DNA from: an uncultured Gammaproteobacteria bacterium
Lineage (GTDB): Bacteria; Pseudomonadota; Gammaproteobacteria; DRLM01
Direction of reading: 5' to 3'
DNA: 64,000 nt
Assembly (NCBI GenBank): GCA_963729605.1
Contig: CAVSNY010000006.1
Coordinates: 224,001 to 288,000, forward strand
In this document: one piece after another, positions 1-10,242 of the stretch
Position numbering within the stretch: position 1 is the first letter of the stretch
Layout of the letters: every line of letters starts with the position of its first letter
Program-made: the position numbers and the translations under genes
The notes under the pieces: model-generated
Database searches by the model: none
Told to the model about the DNA's origin: nothing
The model's input: only the letters and a program-made list of their open reading frames with translations

Positions 1-527
1 GCGCCTTGTCGATGGCGGACGCCGACTGGAGCGGCGACGGCGGCGGCCGGCTGGACAAAGATGCGCCCGGTCTGAAAAACGTGGTGGCGATCGCCGCGGG
101 CGGCGCGCACAGCCTGGCCGTCACCGCCGAGGGTACGGTGTGGAGTTGGGGCGCCAACGGCAGCGGTCAATTGGGCGACGGCAGCACGGCGGACAGCGCA
201 GTGCCGGTGCAAGTGCGGGGCTTGAGTAATGTAACCGCCGTCGCGGCGGGCGACCGCCACTCGCTGGCGCTCACCGCGGACGGGGCGATGTGGGCCTGGG
301 GCGAGAACAGCAACAGCCAATTGGGCGACGGTACTACCGTCAATCGCAATACGCCGGTGCCGGTGGCCTTGATGGACAAGGTGGCGGCCATCGCCGCGGG
401 TCAGCTGCATTCCATGGCACTGGCGGAAGACGGCACGGTGTGGAGTTGGGGCGATAACACGCGCGGCCAGTTAGGCGACGGCACCGTCGCCGGCGCGGCG
501 GCCCCGGTGCGGGTCACCAAGCAATAG
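1..527 (+). CDS. RCC1/BLIP-II repeat protein, C-terminal part (probably truncated by the window edge)
   Basis: Three ~50-aa repeats of AIAAGxxHSLALxxDGTVWSWGxNxxGQLGDG; stop at 525-527. Confidence 0.88.
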   Translation, partial: ALSMADADWSGDGGGRLDKDAPGLKNVVAIAAGGAHSLAVTAEGTVWSWGANGSGQLGDGSTADSAVPVQVRGLSNVTAVAAGDRHSLALTADGAMWAWGENSNSQLGDGTTVNRNTPVPVALMDKVAAIAAGQLHSMALAEDGTVWSWGDNTRGQLGDGTVAGAAAPVRVTKQ

Positions 528-589
528 GCGCGGGAACCCGCGGGCAGCGCCATCACCCGCGCTGTATGAATGAGCATGGCGCTTTTACT

Positions 590-745
590 GGAGCCTATCT
601 CATTCATTGTGAGAGGTTCTGAGAGTCAAGGGGCATCTCCTTGGCGCCCTCACCCCTACCCTCTCCCGCCCGCGGGAGAGGGGGATACATTCTCCGCGCA
701 GCCGCATCTAGATACCCTATCCTCTCCCGCCCGCGGGAGAGGGAG
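590..745. repeat. Cluster of palindromic REP-like elements between convergent genes
   Basis: CCCTCTCCCGC-CC-GCGGGAGAGGG at 659-682 with a near-identical copy at 720-743; separate hairpin GAGCCTATCTCA...TGAGAGGTTCT at ~591-620. Confidence 0.8.
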
Positions 746-825
746 TGAAAGATAGCGATGCAAATTCCGGTCAAATCATTGCCCTGCTTGGCGTCCTTGG
801 CGGTTAACCCGCTTACACAAACACC

Positions 826-1890
826 TTAACGCACCCGCGCCATCAGCACCCATGCCAGGATGAAAAACAGCAGGGTGGGCAAAGTCGCGCTCAATGCCGT
901 GGGAAACTGGTATATCAATCCGACGTAGCTGAAGGTTTGATCGATCAGATAAAAGCTGATGCCCATCAAGATGCCGACGAAGATGCGTTGCCCCACGCTC
1001 ACCGAGCGCAGCGGCCCGAAGATAAACGGGATGGAAAGAAACACCATCACCAGGGTGGTGACCGGCAGCACCAGTTTGTTCCACAACGCCAGATTGTAAC
1101 GGTCGGCGCTCAAACCGTTGTCCTCGAGATAGCCGATATATTTCACCAGCCCTTGCACCGACAGGCTGGTGGGTTTGACCGCCACCACCTCGATCATCTC
1201 CGGCGTCAGCAAGGAATGCCACGCCAGTTGCGCGATGCGTTCAGTGCCCACGCCGTTCACGTCGATGCGGCTGCGCGACACCTCTTCCAGCAACCACTGG
1301 CCGCCGCTGTAACGGCCGCTGCGCGCCGTGGTCATGGTGCGCAGGCGCAGCGTGCCGTCGAACTCGTAAATACTCACGCCGCTCACATGATTTTGCGACG
1401 GCACTTCGCGAATGTGGATGAAGTATTGCCCGTCGCGCGCCCACAGCCCGTTGTCGCTGGTGATGGCGAAGCGCTCGACCAAGGCGGTGCTGCGCATGCC
1501 CTGCGCGTATTTTTCCGCCGGCGGCGCCACGTATTCACCGAGAATCAGCGCCAGTATCATCCACAAGATGCCCACCTTCATCACCGCGAAGGCGATGCGC
1601 AACACCGAAACGCCGGCCGCCCGCATCACCATCAGTTCGTTATTGCTGGCGAGCATACCGAGGCCGATCACGCTGCCCAATAAGGCGATTATCGGAAAGA
1701 GCTGGTAGGTAAGACGCGGCAAGGTAAGCAAGACATACTGCGCCGCGCGCATCAGCGTGTAGTCGCCCTTGCCGACCGCGTCCAGCTCCGTCACCAAAGC
1801 ACCGAAGGAAAATAACGCCAGCAACACCAGCAACACGATCAGCGTGCTGCCGGCGATGGTCATCCCGATGTAGCGGTCAAGCAGGTTCAT
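826..1890 (-). CDS. lptG: LPS export ABC transporter permease LptG
   Basis: MNLLDRYIG start, ELMVMRAAGVS and GLWARDG motifs; overlaps the lptF stop. Confidence 0.93.
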   Translation of the reverse strand: MNLLDRYIGMTIAGSTLIVLLVLLALFSFGALVTELDAVGKGDYTLMRAAQYVLLTLPRLTYQLFPIIALLGSVIGLGMLASNNELMVMRAAGVSVLRIAFAVMKVGILWMILALILGEYVAPPAEKYAQGMRSTALVERFAITSDNGLWARDGQYFIHIREVPSQNHVSGVSIYEFDGTLRLRTMTTARSGRYSGGQWLLEEVSRSRIDVNGVGTERIAQLAWHSLLTPEMIEVVAVKPTSLSVQGLVKYIGYLEDNGLSADRYNLALWNKLVLPVTTLVMVFLSIPFIFGPLRSVSVGQRIFVGILMGISFYLIDQTFSYVGLIYQFPTALSATLPTLLFFILAWVLMARVR

Positions 1891-2986
1891 GACCACCCCC
1901 GGCGCGACCGACCGGCAGCCGCCATTTCACGCCCGATTGCCGGGCAACGAGCACCGCCACCAACACCAATAACAACCCGTGCGCCCACCACATGCCGATG
2001 TACGGCGAGACGGCGCTCTGCTCCAGCCAGGAGCGCGACACCACCAGCAGATTCATATACACCACGTACACCACGATCGCGACGAACAGCTTGGCGAAGC
2101 GTCCCTGGCGCGGGGTAGTGCGACTGAGCGGCACCGCCAGCGCCGCCAGCAGCACGGTGGCCAGCGGCATGGCAATGCGCCATTGCAACTCCGCCCGTTC
2201 CCACGGTTGCGTGGCGCCGATCAGCGCCGGCGTGGGATAGGCGACCACTTTGCGGTCGCTGGTCACCAGCGCCCGCTCTTCGATCAGCAGGCCATGTTCG
2301 TTGAACTGGATGATTTTGAATTGGGCGTCGCCGGGCCGGCCTTCGTAGCGGTACCCGTTCTGCAGAATCAAATAACGGTCGCCGGTACTCTCTTCCACGA
2401 AGTAGTAACCGCGCTCCGCCGAGAGCACGTTGCGTATCCCCTCTTTGCCCTGGGTTTCGACGAAGACCTTTTCCATGGTGCGGCCGTCTTCGCTAAGACG
2501 TTCGACATAGAACACCAGTTTGCCGTCACGTAATTCGCGAAAACGGCCCTCCGCCACGCCGCGCGTGTCGGCGTCGGTCTTCAACGCATCGAGGATTTGA
2601 GAACTTTGCTCCTCGGCCCACGGCCCGGCGTAGAGCGAAATGCCTGCCACCAGCCCGGCGAAACCGAACGCGGCCCACAACACGGTGCCCAGCAGGCGGC
2701 CGATGCCGACCCCCGACGCCGCCAGCGCCACGATCTCGTTATCTTTATATAAGCGGCCGAAGGCGATCAGCACCGCGAAGAACAAGGCCATCGGCAACAG
2801 CGTTTCCAGACTGCTGATGGATTTGAACGCCAGCAGCTGCACCACCGCCTCGACGGGCAGGTTGCCGCCTTCCGCGGCGGCCAGCATGCGGACGAAACGG
2901 TTGCTCACGAAAATGACGTAGAGCACGCCGGTGACCACCAGCAGGGCCAGCACGATTTCCCGCAGCAGATAGCGGCTGATGATCAC
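1877..2986 (-). CDS. lptF: LPS export ABC transporter permease LptF
   Basis: GTG start (VIISRYLLRE) after GAGGG; GRLYKDNE and AELQWR motifs; divergent from pepA as is usual. Confidence 0.93.
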   Translation of the reverse strand: MIISRYLLREIVLALLVVTGVLYVIFVSNRFVRMLAAAEGGNLPVEAVVQLLAFKSISSLETLLPMALFFAVLIAFGRLYKDNEIVALAASGVGIGRLLGTVLWAAFGFAGLVAGISLYAGPWAEEQSSQILDALKTDADTRGVAEGRFRELRDGKLVFYVERLSEDGRTMEKVFVETQGKEGIRNVLSAERGYYFVEESTGDRYLILQNGYRYEGRPGDAQFKIIQFNEHGLLIEERALVTSDRKVVAYPTPALIGATQPWERAELQWRIAMPLATVLLAALAVPLSRTTPRQGRFAKLFVAIVVYVVYMNLLVVSRSWLEQSAVSPYIGMWWAHGLLLVLVAVLVARQSGVKWRLPVGRAGGGHEPA

Positions 2987-3234
2987 CGACGCCGTCCCTC
3001 TCGGCGCGCGCGGGGGGCGCCACGCTGGAAAATCGCGTCTTTTACGGTACACTGTGAAACCATGTAGCGGTCCTTTATCGTCGCGGTCTTGGAGGGAAAA
3101 CGTCCCCGCCGCGCAAAGGCTTATACCATAGCAAAACCGGCGGGGCTTGCGATGATTTAACCGGCGATGCGTTATGCGGCGGCTCGGACTTGAAGGCGAA
3201 TCCCGGCAGTGAGTACATCCCATTAGGAGCAGAC

Positions 3235-4763
3235 ATGGATTTTACGGTAAAGAGCGGCACTCCCGACCAACAACGCGGCGGGTGCATCGTGCTGGGGGTC
3301 GTCGAGCCGCGCCACCTCTCGGCCGCGGGTGAACAAGCCGACGCGGCGGCCGGCGGTTTCATCTCGCAATTGCTGAAACGCGGCGACCTGGACGGCAAGC
3401 TCGGCCAGACCCTGTTGCTCCACAACGTGCCCAACCTCGCCGCCGAGCGGGTGCTGCTGATCGGCTGCGGGCCGGCCAAGGAATTGGCCGACGGCCATTA
3501 TCGCAAGGTCGTCGCCAAGGCCGCCGCCGTCCTCAACGAGATGGGCGCCGGCGAAGCGGTGAGTTATCTCACCGACCTGCCGGTGAAAGGCCGCGACAGC
3601 GCCTGGAAGGTACGCCAGATCGTGGAGAGCACCGAACACGGCCTTTACCGCTTCGATCAATTGAAGAGCAAAAAAGACGAGGCCCGCCGGCCGCTGCGTA
3701 AACTGGTGATCAACGTCGCCGAGCGCGGCGAACTCGCCGCCGCCGAAGAAGCGCTGCGGGTCGGCAAGGCCGTGGCCCACGGCATCAAACTCACCCGCGA
3801 CCTCGGCAACCTCCCCGCCAATATCTGCACGCCGCGTTATCTCGCCGACCAGGCCCGCGCCCTGGCCAAGCGCCACAAGTCGATCAAGGTCGAGGTGCTG
3901 GACCGGTCGCACATGGAAAAACTGGGCATGGGCTCGCTGCTGGCAGTGGCGCGCGGCAGCGAGGAACCGCCCAAACTCATCGTCGCCCAGTATCGCGGCG
4001 GCCCCAAGGCCGACAAACCGGTGGCGCTGGTCGGCAAAGGCGTGACCTTCGACACCGGCGGCATCTCCATCAAACCGGCCGCGGCCATGGATGAGATGAA
4101 ATACGACATGTGCGGCGCCGCCAGCGTGCTGGGCACCCTCGCCGCCATCGCCGAGCTGGGCCTGGCGATCAACGTGGTGGGCATCATCCCCGCCACCGAA
4201 AACATGCCGAGCGGTATCGCCATCAAACCGGGCGACGTGGTGACCAGCCTGTCGGGGCAGACCATCGAGATCCTCAACACCGACGCCGAGGGCCGGCTGA
4301 TCCTCTGCGACGCCCTCACCTACGCCGAACGTTTCGACCCGGCGGCGGTGATCGACATCGCCACCCTCACCGGCGCCTGCGTCATCGCCCTCGGCAAACA
4401 CGCCTCGGGCCTGATGGGCAATCACGACCCGCTGATCAACGAACTGCTCGACGCCGGCAACGACACCGGCGACCGCGCCTGGCAACTGCCCTTGTGGGAC
4501 GACTACCAGGACCAGCTCAAAACCAATTTCGCCGACATGGCCAACGTCGGCGGGCGCGAGGGCGGCACCATCACCGCCGCCTGTTTCCTGTCGCGCTTCA
4601 CCAAGAAATTCCAGTGGGCGCACCTCGACATCGCCGGCACCGCCTGGGTGAGCGGCGATAAAAAAGCGCCACCGGCCGGCCGGTGCCGCTGCTCACCCAA
4701 TTCTTGATGGCGCGGGCGGCGAAACGGGGTGCGAAGACTCCGGCCGCTAAAAATAAAAAATAG
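3235..4763 (+). CDS. pepA: Leucyl aminopeptidase PepA (apparent 1-nt deletion near 4666; corrected end 4763)
   Basis: GKGVTFDTGG, MKYDM, NTDAEGRL, AHLDIAGT motifs; the conserved tail ATGRPVPLLTQFL continues in another frame; AGGAG RBS. Confidence 0.93.
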
Positions 4764-4812
4764 GCGATGTCCGCGGACGGCGGCGCCGGATTATTATCAA
4801 CCCGGCAAAGTG

Positions 4813-4908
4813 CCCTCCCCCTTTAGGGAAAGGGCCAGGGTGGGGGGGCGAAGGCGGATTCCTCCGTATCGCCCCCCATTCCAACCTTCCGCCTGCAAGG
4901 GGGAGTGG
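4813..4908. repeat. Inverted doublet of REP-like palindromes
   Basis: CCCTCCCCCTTTAGGGAAAGGGCCAGGGTGGGGG faces CCCCCATTCCAACCTTCCGCCTGCAAGGGGGAG; GGGGGGCGA/TCGCCCCCC pair. Confidence 0.7.
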
Positions 4909-4938
4909 TTCGATTCATTTTTAGTATGTTGCCGGATC

Positions 4939-5067
4939 AATAATAAAGAGCGTCGGCGAAACAACCTCGCCGACAACCAAAGGAGGGAACGGCACGACTC
5001 TCCTTGGCAACCCCAAGGCTAAGGTCCCCGCGGCAGGCGCGGAGACTTTAAAAATAAGAGTCAACCC
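4939..5067 (+). ncRNA. Candidate structured RNA or leader upstream of holC-valS (unassigned family)
   Basis: 8-bp hairpin 4952-4974; three-way junction closed by GACTCT/AGAGTC; A-rich linkers. Confidence 0.4.
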
Positions 5068-5075
5068 GAGCAGCC

Positions 5076-5522
5076 ATGACCCGCGTCGATTTTTATGTAC
5101 TGGAAGACAGCGCCCCGCAAGCGCGGGAGCGGCTGGCCTGCCGTCTGACGGAAAAGGCCTTCCGCCTCGGCCACCGGGTGTACATCCACACCCGCTCGCG
5201 GGAACAGGCGGCGGCGCTGGACGACCTGCTGTGGACCTTCCGCCAGGGCAGTTTCGTACCCCACGATTTACACGGCAAGGACGGCGGCGCCGCCAGCCCG
5301 GTGCTGATCGGCCACGGCGAGGTGCCGGACGATCACCACGAACTGCTGATCAACCTGGCCGACGAGGTGCCGAGCTTCTTCAGCCGCTTCGAGCGGGTGA
5401 TGGAGACCGTGGACCAGACCGAGGCGCACCGGCTGGCCGGACGGGAACGGTTTCGTTTTTACCGCGACCGGGGTTATGCTCTGCAAACTCACACACTGAG
5501 CGCACAGGCCGAGGATGAGTGA
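5076..5522 (+). CDS. holC: DNA polymerase III chi subunit
   Basis: MTRVDFYVL, LDDLLWTF...SFVPH, RERFRFYRDRGY; located between pepA and valS. Confidence 0.95.
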   Translation: MTRVDFYVLEDSAPQARERLACRLTEKAFRLGHRVYIHTRSREQAAALDDLLWTFRQGSFVPHDLHGKDGGAASPVLIGHGEVPDDHHELLINLADEVPSFFSRFERVMETVDQTEAHRLAGRERFRFYRDRGYALQTHTLSAQAEDE

Positions 5523-5874
5523 CGATCCGAACGCAGTCTCCCCAACCGCCGCGGGCATCCCGCCGGTGTTGCGGGACATTGTCGTGCCCGGACCAGACCA
5601 ATCCATTCCGGTACTCGACCCATCCCAGGCGGTGGCCGAGGCCCTGCCCTTCCTCTCGGCGGAGGCGGTGGCGGAGCTGGCCGACACCCTGCAACTCTCG
5701 CTCACCCGCGAGTTGAATTACGCCATCGACGGCGCGGTGTACGAACGCCTGCGGGTGGCGATGGAAGAGGTGGCCAGCAGCGTGAAACAGAATCTTCATC
5801 AACAACTGGAGCAACTGCTCCCCGAACTGGTACAGGCCGCGCTGCAACAACAGCTCAAACAAAAAGACCATTGA
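5515..5874 (+). CDS. Hypothetical protein (IPVL motifs, helical C-terminus) between holC and valS
   Basis: Overlaps the holC stop, co-oriented, acidic helical sequence. Confidence 0.75.
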   Translation: MSDDPNAVSPTAAGIPPVLRDIVVPGPDQSIPVLDPSQAVAEALPFLSAEAVAELADTLQLSLTRELNYAIDGAVYERLRVAMEEVASSVKQNLHQQLEQLLPELVQAALQQQLKQKDH

Positions 5875-5935
5875 TTAATCCGCGCCGCCGCGAGCAGCGA
5901 CCCACATATTTTTTTTCGTTCAACCCGGACCCTCC

Positions 5936-8878
5936 ATGGACAAGACGTACAATCCTCACGCCATCGAACAACATTGGTATCAGACCTGGGAACAAAACGG
6001 CTACTTCGCCCCGCAAGGTGTCGGTCCTGGTCCTTTAAACAACTCCCCTCTCCCCGGCCCTCTCCCGCCTGCGGGAGAGGGGGAGTATGTAAAGAGTGAA
6101 TTGACTGGCACCTATTGCATCATGATCCCGCCGCCCAATGTCACGGGCAGCCTGCACATGGGCCACGCCTTTCAAGACACCATCATGGACGCGCTGATCC
6201 GTTATCAGCGCATGAACGGCCGCAACACCCTGTGGCAGCCCGGCACCGACCACGCCGGCATCGCGACGCAAATGGTGGTGGAACGCCAGCTCGCGGCGCA
6301 AGGCAAAAGCCGCCACGACCTGGGACGCGAGGCCTTCATCGATGCGGTGTGGAAGTGGAAGGGTGAATCGGGCGGCACCATCACCCGCCAATTGCGCCGC
6401 CTCGGCGCCTCGCTGGACTGGTCGCGCGAACGCTTCACCATGGACGAGGGTTTATCGGACGCGGTGCGCGAAGTGTTCGTGCGCCTGCATGAAGAAGGTT
6501 TGATCTACCGCGGCAAACGCCTGGTGAACTGGGACCCGGTGCTGCACACCGCGGTGTCCGATCTCGAAGTGCTCTCCGAGGAGGAGAACGGCAGCCTCTG
6601 GCATATGCGTTATCCGCTCGCCGACGGCAGCGGCCATCTGGTGGTCGCGACCACCCGACCCGAGACCCTGCTGGGCGACGCGGCGGTGGCGGTGCATCCC
6701 GAGGATGAACGTTACAAGCACCTCATCGGCAAACAGGTGAAACTGCCGTTGGCCGAACGCTTGATTCCCATCATCGCCGATGACTACGTCGACAAGGAAT
6801 TCGGCACCGGCTGCGTGAAGATCACGCCGGCGCATGACTTCAACGATTATGCGGTGGGGCAGCGCCACGGTTTGCCGCTGATTAACATCTTCACAAAGGA
6901 TGCAAAGATCATCGGCCCACTCTCTAATTTCGAATTTGATACTCGACATCAACCCGGACGCCAGGTATTGGTCGATGACGCACCTGATGGTAAGTTTCCT
7001 GACGAAATCATCCCGGTGAAATATCACGGCCTCGACCGCTTCGAGGCGCGCAAGCGCGTGGTCGCCGATCTCGACGCGGCGGGGCTCATGGAAAAGATCG
7101 AACCGCACAAACTCAAGGTGCCGCGCGGCGACCGCAGCGGCGCGGTGATCGAACCGTTGCTCACCGATCAGTGGTACGTGAAGGTCGCCCCCCTCGCGCA
7201 ACCCGCGATCGAGGCCGTCGAGAGCGGCGCCATCAAATTCGTCCCCGACAACTGGAAGAACACCTATTTCGAGTGGATGCGCAACATCGAGGACTGGTGC
7301 ATCTCGCGGCAGATCTGGTGGGGGCATCGCATTCCGGCTTGGTACGACGATCAGGGCAATATCTATGTCGCGCGCAGCGGCGACGAGGCCCATGCGCAGG
7401 CGCGCGCGCGCCACGGCAAAGATGTCGATTTGCAACAAGACGAGGACGTGCTCGACACCTGGTTCAGCTCGGCGCTGTGGCCGTTTTCCACTTTGGGCTG
7501 GCCGCAACAGACCGCGGAGCTGAAAACCTTTTATCCCACCAGCGTGCTGGTCACCGGCTTCGACATCATCTTTTTCTGGGTGGCGCGGATGATCATGATG
7601 GGCCTCAAATTCACCGGCGAGGTGCCGTTCCGCGAGGTCTACATCCACGGCCTGGTGCGCGACGCCCACGGCCAGAAGATGTCGAAGTCGAAAGGCAATG
7701 TGCTCGACCCCATCGATCTCATCGACGGCATCGATCTCGAATCGCTGGTGAAGAAGCGCACCAGCGGTCTGATGCAACCGGAGATGGCCAAGAAAATCGA
7801 ACAGGCGACGCGCAAGGATTTCCCGGCGGGCATTCCCGCCTTCGGCACCGACGCGCTGCGTTTCACCTTCGCCTCTCTGGCCACCACCGGCCGCGACATC
7901 AAATTCGATCTCGGCCGCATCGAGGGCTATCGCAATTTCTGCAACAAGCTGTGGAACGCCACCCGTTATGTGTTGATGAACACCGAGGGCCAGGACTGCG
8001 GTCTCGAGGGTGACGTGGAACTCAGCCTCGCCGATCGCTGGATACTCTCGCGGTTGCAGCTCGTAACCCAGCAGGCGCGGGAACATTGCGAGGCCTATCG
8101 TCTCGACCTGATGGCTCAGGCAATTTACGAATTCACCTGGAATGAATTCTGCGACTGGTATCTCGAACTCAGCAAGCCGGTGCTAAACGCCGACGACAGC
8201 AGCGCGGCGGCGCGGCGCGGCACCCGCCGCACCCTGGTGCAGGTGCTCGAAACCATACTGCGCTTGGTCCATCCGCTGATGCCCTTCATCAGCGAAGAGA
8301 TATGGCAACGCGTCGCGCCGCTGGCCGGCAAACAGGGCGTGACCATCATGCTGCAACCCTATCCCGACGCCGATGAAAAACTCGTCGATCACCGGGTCGC
8401 GGAGGAGATGGCCTGGCTGATGGAATTCATCCTCGGTGTGCGCAAAATCCGCGGCGAGATGAACATCCCGCCGCGCAAACCGCTGCCGGTGCTGTTGCAG
8501 AACTGGAGCGAGGAGGACCGCCGCCGCGCAGAAACGACGCGCAATTACAGCGGTTTTCTTTCATCGCTGGAATCGATTACTTTTCTTTCCGCCGACCAGC
8601 CCGCGCCCGACTCCGCCACCGCGCTGGTGGGCGAGATGAAGGTGTTGATCCCGATGACGGGGCTGATCGACAAAGAGGCCGAGTTGGCGCGCTTAAATAA
8701 AGAGATGGAAAAGCTGAGCAAGGATTTGGAGCGCGGCGAACAGAAACTGCAAAATCCCAATTTCGCCGACAAGGCGCCGCCCGAGGTGGTGGCCAAGGAA
8801 CGGCAGCGCATGGACGAAGTGCGCTCTTCTCTCGGCAAACTGCAAGAGCAACACCGGCGCATCAGCGCCATGTCATGA
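5936..8878 (+). CDS. valS: Valyl-tRNA synthetase with two insertions
   Basis: [26 protein letters not shown]-terminal coiled coil. Confidence 0.97.
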   Translation: MDKTYNPHAIEQHWYQTWEQNGYFAPQGVGPGPLNNSPLPGPLPPAGEGEYVKSELTGTYCIMIPPPNVTGSLHMGHAFQDTIMDALIRYQRMNGRNTLWQPGTDHAGIATQMVVERQLAAQGKSRHDLGREAFIDAVWKWKGESGGTITRQLRRLGASLDWSRERFTMDEGLSDAVREVFVRLHEEGLIYRGKRLVNWDPVLHTAVSDLEVLSEEENGSLWHMRYPLADGSGHLVVATTRPETLLGDAAVAVHPEDERYKHLIGKQVKLPLAERLIPIIADDYVDKEFGTGCVKITPAHDFNDYAVGQRHGLPLINIFTKDAKIIGPLSNFEFDTRHQPGRQVLVDDAPDGKFPDEIIPVKYHGLDRFEARKRVVADLDAAGLMEKIEPHKLKVPRGDRSGAVIEPLLTDQWYVKVAPLAQPAIEAVESGAIKFVPDNWKNTYFEWMRNIEDWCISRQIWWGHRIPAWYDDQGNIYVARSGDEAHAQARARHGKDVDLQQDEDVLDTWFSSALWPFSTLGWPQQTAELKTFYPTSVLVTGFDIIFFWVARMIMMGLKFTGEVPFREVYIHGLVRDAHGQKMSKSKGNVLDPIDLIDGIDLESLVKKRTSGLMQPEMAKKIEQATRKDFPAGIPAFGTDALRFTFASLATTGRDIKFDLGRIEGYRNFCNKLWNATRYVLMNTEGQDCGLEGDVELSLADRWILSRLQLVTQQAREHCEAYRLDLMAQAIYEFTWNEFCDWYLELSKPVLNADDSSAAARRGTRRTLVQVLETILRLVHPLMPFISEEIWQRVAPLAGKQGVTIMLQPYPDADEKLVDHRVAEEMAWLMEFILGVRKIRGEMNIPPRKPLPVLLQNWSEEDRRRAETTRNYSGFLSSLESITFLSADQPAPDSATALVGEMKVLIPMTGLIDKEAELARLNKEMEKLSKDLERGEQKLQNPNFADKAPPEVVAKERQRMDEVRSSLGKLQEQHRRISAMS
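6033..6094. repeat. REP-like palindromic element inside the valS reading frame
   Basis: CCCTCTCCCGC-CT-GCGGGAGAGGG at 6058-6081, same stem as the intergenic copy at 659-682; outer imperfect inverted repeat CTTTAAACAACTCCCC / GGGGAGTATGTAAAG. Confidence 0.85.
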
Positions 8879-8911
8879 CGGCAGGCGAACCGCGCCAGCT
8901 CGTGGCCGTTT

Positions 8912-8962
8912 ACCCCGGGGTCGGAAAACAAGGAAACAGCGCTCGATTTCCGACCCCGGGGT
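8912..8962. repeat. Perfect 16-bp inverted repeat (REP-like or terminator) between convergent genes
   Basis: ACCCCGGGGTCGGAAA (8912-8927) / TTTCCGACCCCGGGGT (8947-8962). Confidence 0.75.
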
Positions 8963-9121
8963 GAAGAGGGCTCTTTACTCCACCCCCACCCTGTCCCCCG
9001 CACGGGGGGCGGGAACGCGGGGCAACGACTTCTGAGTGGGCCGTCGGCGAAAGGCGTTCACTCTCCGCGAAGGGATGGACGTATCGCTTAAGTTGCGGAA
9101 ATCGGCAAGCCGCGGGCGACC

Positions 9122-9847
9122 TCAGCCGGCCTGTTTTTCGGCGGCCTCATCGATGCGTTCCAGACGGTAGCCGTGCTGATATACCGCGCTGAGGCGCCAG
9201 CCGTTGTCAGGGATCAAGCCCAATTTGCCGCGAATGCGGCTGATATGGGTATCGACGGTGCGGGTGTTGAGATCGGAGCGTTGCCCCCAGACACTTTCCA
9301 TGATGTGTTTGCGCGAAATCAAACGTCCCACGTTTCTCAGCAAAAAAACCGCCAGATCGAATTCTTTATGCGTCAATTCCAGCGGCTGGCCGTCGCGGGT
9401 AATGGAGCGGCGCAGGTTGTCCACCCCATAGGCGCCCACCTCCAAAACCTCGTTCTTCGCGTCCTGCATGCCGGCACGCCGCCCCAAGGCGGTGATACGC
9501 GCCAGCATTTCCAGGGGCTTGATCGGCTTAATCATGTAATCGTCGGCGCCCTGCTCCAAGGCGTAGACGACATCCTGCTCGCTGTCGCGCCCGGTAACGA
9601 ACAACACCGGCATGTGCCAATCGTACTGTTCACGCAGTTTGAGCAGCACTTCATCGCCGTTGATATCGGGCAACAACCAATCGAGCACCACCAGATCGAA
9701 GCTATCGGTGACCCCCGCGCGCAGGAATTTTTCACCCAGGCTAAAGTGGATGCAGGCGTGTCCCGCCGCTGCAAGCCACGCTTGCATGTAATGCGCCTGT
9801 TCAGGGTCGTCTTCAAGTAATGCAATACGCATCTTGTTCATCCCCAT
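9122..9847 (-). CDS. OmpR/PhoB-family response regulator
   Basis: Receiver LLEDD...VLDWLLPD...GADDYMIKP; winged helix TRTVDTHISRIR. Confidence 0.93.
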   Translation of the reverse strand: MGMNKMRIALLEDDPEQAHYMQAWLAAAGHACIHFSLGEKFLRAGVTDSFDLVVLDWLLPDINGDEVLLKLREQYDWHMPVLFVTGRDSEQDVVYALEQGADDYMIKPIKPLEMLARITALGRRAGMQDAKNEVLEVGAYGVDNLRRSITRDGQPLELTHKEFDLAVFLLRNVGRLISRKHIMESVWGQRSDLNTRTVDTHISRIRGKLGLIPDNGWRLSAVYQHGYRLERIDEAAEKQAG

Positions 9848-10004
9848 GCCCGCGCCGCATCACCGGAGCGAGAATCTAGCCCGATTTATTATCATTCGAT
9901 TGAGAGAGGATATTACACGCAAAATCTTGAGCGCACAAAAGGGGCGGTATTCACGGCGATCGGGGCGGACCCATCCCTGATCACGCGGAAAAGCGGGCCG
10001 CGAC

Positions 10005-10022
10005 TTGGCGGCGCGCTTGCAT
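10005..10022 (+). promoter_or_regulatory. Possible sigma54 -24/-12 promoter
   Basis: TTGGCGGCGCGCTTGCAT has GG-N10-GC spacing with TTGCA; lacks the usual CAC after GG. Confidence 0.35.
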
Positions 10023-10242
10023 AAAATGGCTTAAAAACACGATTAAACATCATGCCAAGCCATCAGCGCCTCATGGGCCGGCCGCCCTCATTCGGCAGAC
10101 ATGACGCAAGACCGCCGCGGACATGAGCCTCCGGGCTCAAGCGGTGAGGGCTTCATGCAATCGGCCTGCGCCTCGGCGCGGACGCAGACCGCCTTTACGG
10201 AAATTCAATTGGGCTCGGCGCGGGTAGCCGGCTTGACGATTA

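Noticed and set aside
570-755. 61-aa ORF containing [12 protein letters not shown] (and the start of the 41591 ORF)
   Set aside because: Translation of intergenic palindromes rather than a gene; useful only as confirmation of the valS insert's origin.
4657-4670. Programmed -1 frameshift in pepA at A6-G
   Set aside because: A-AAA-AAG is not in the correct codon phase, and slippage would give Ser where Gly is conserved; an assembly error is more likely.
5006-5066. c-di-GMP-I riboswitch resemblance (GGCAA..., CTAAGGTC...GACT)
   Set aside because: Lacks the GAAA-tetraloop stem, GCAAA junction and GYAGC 3' strand; kept as an unassigned RNA candidate instead.
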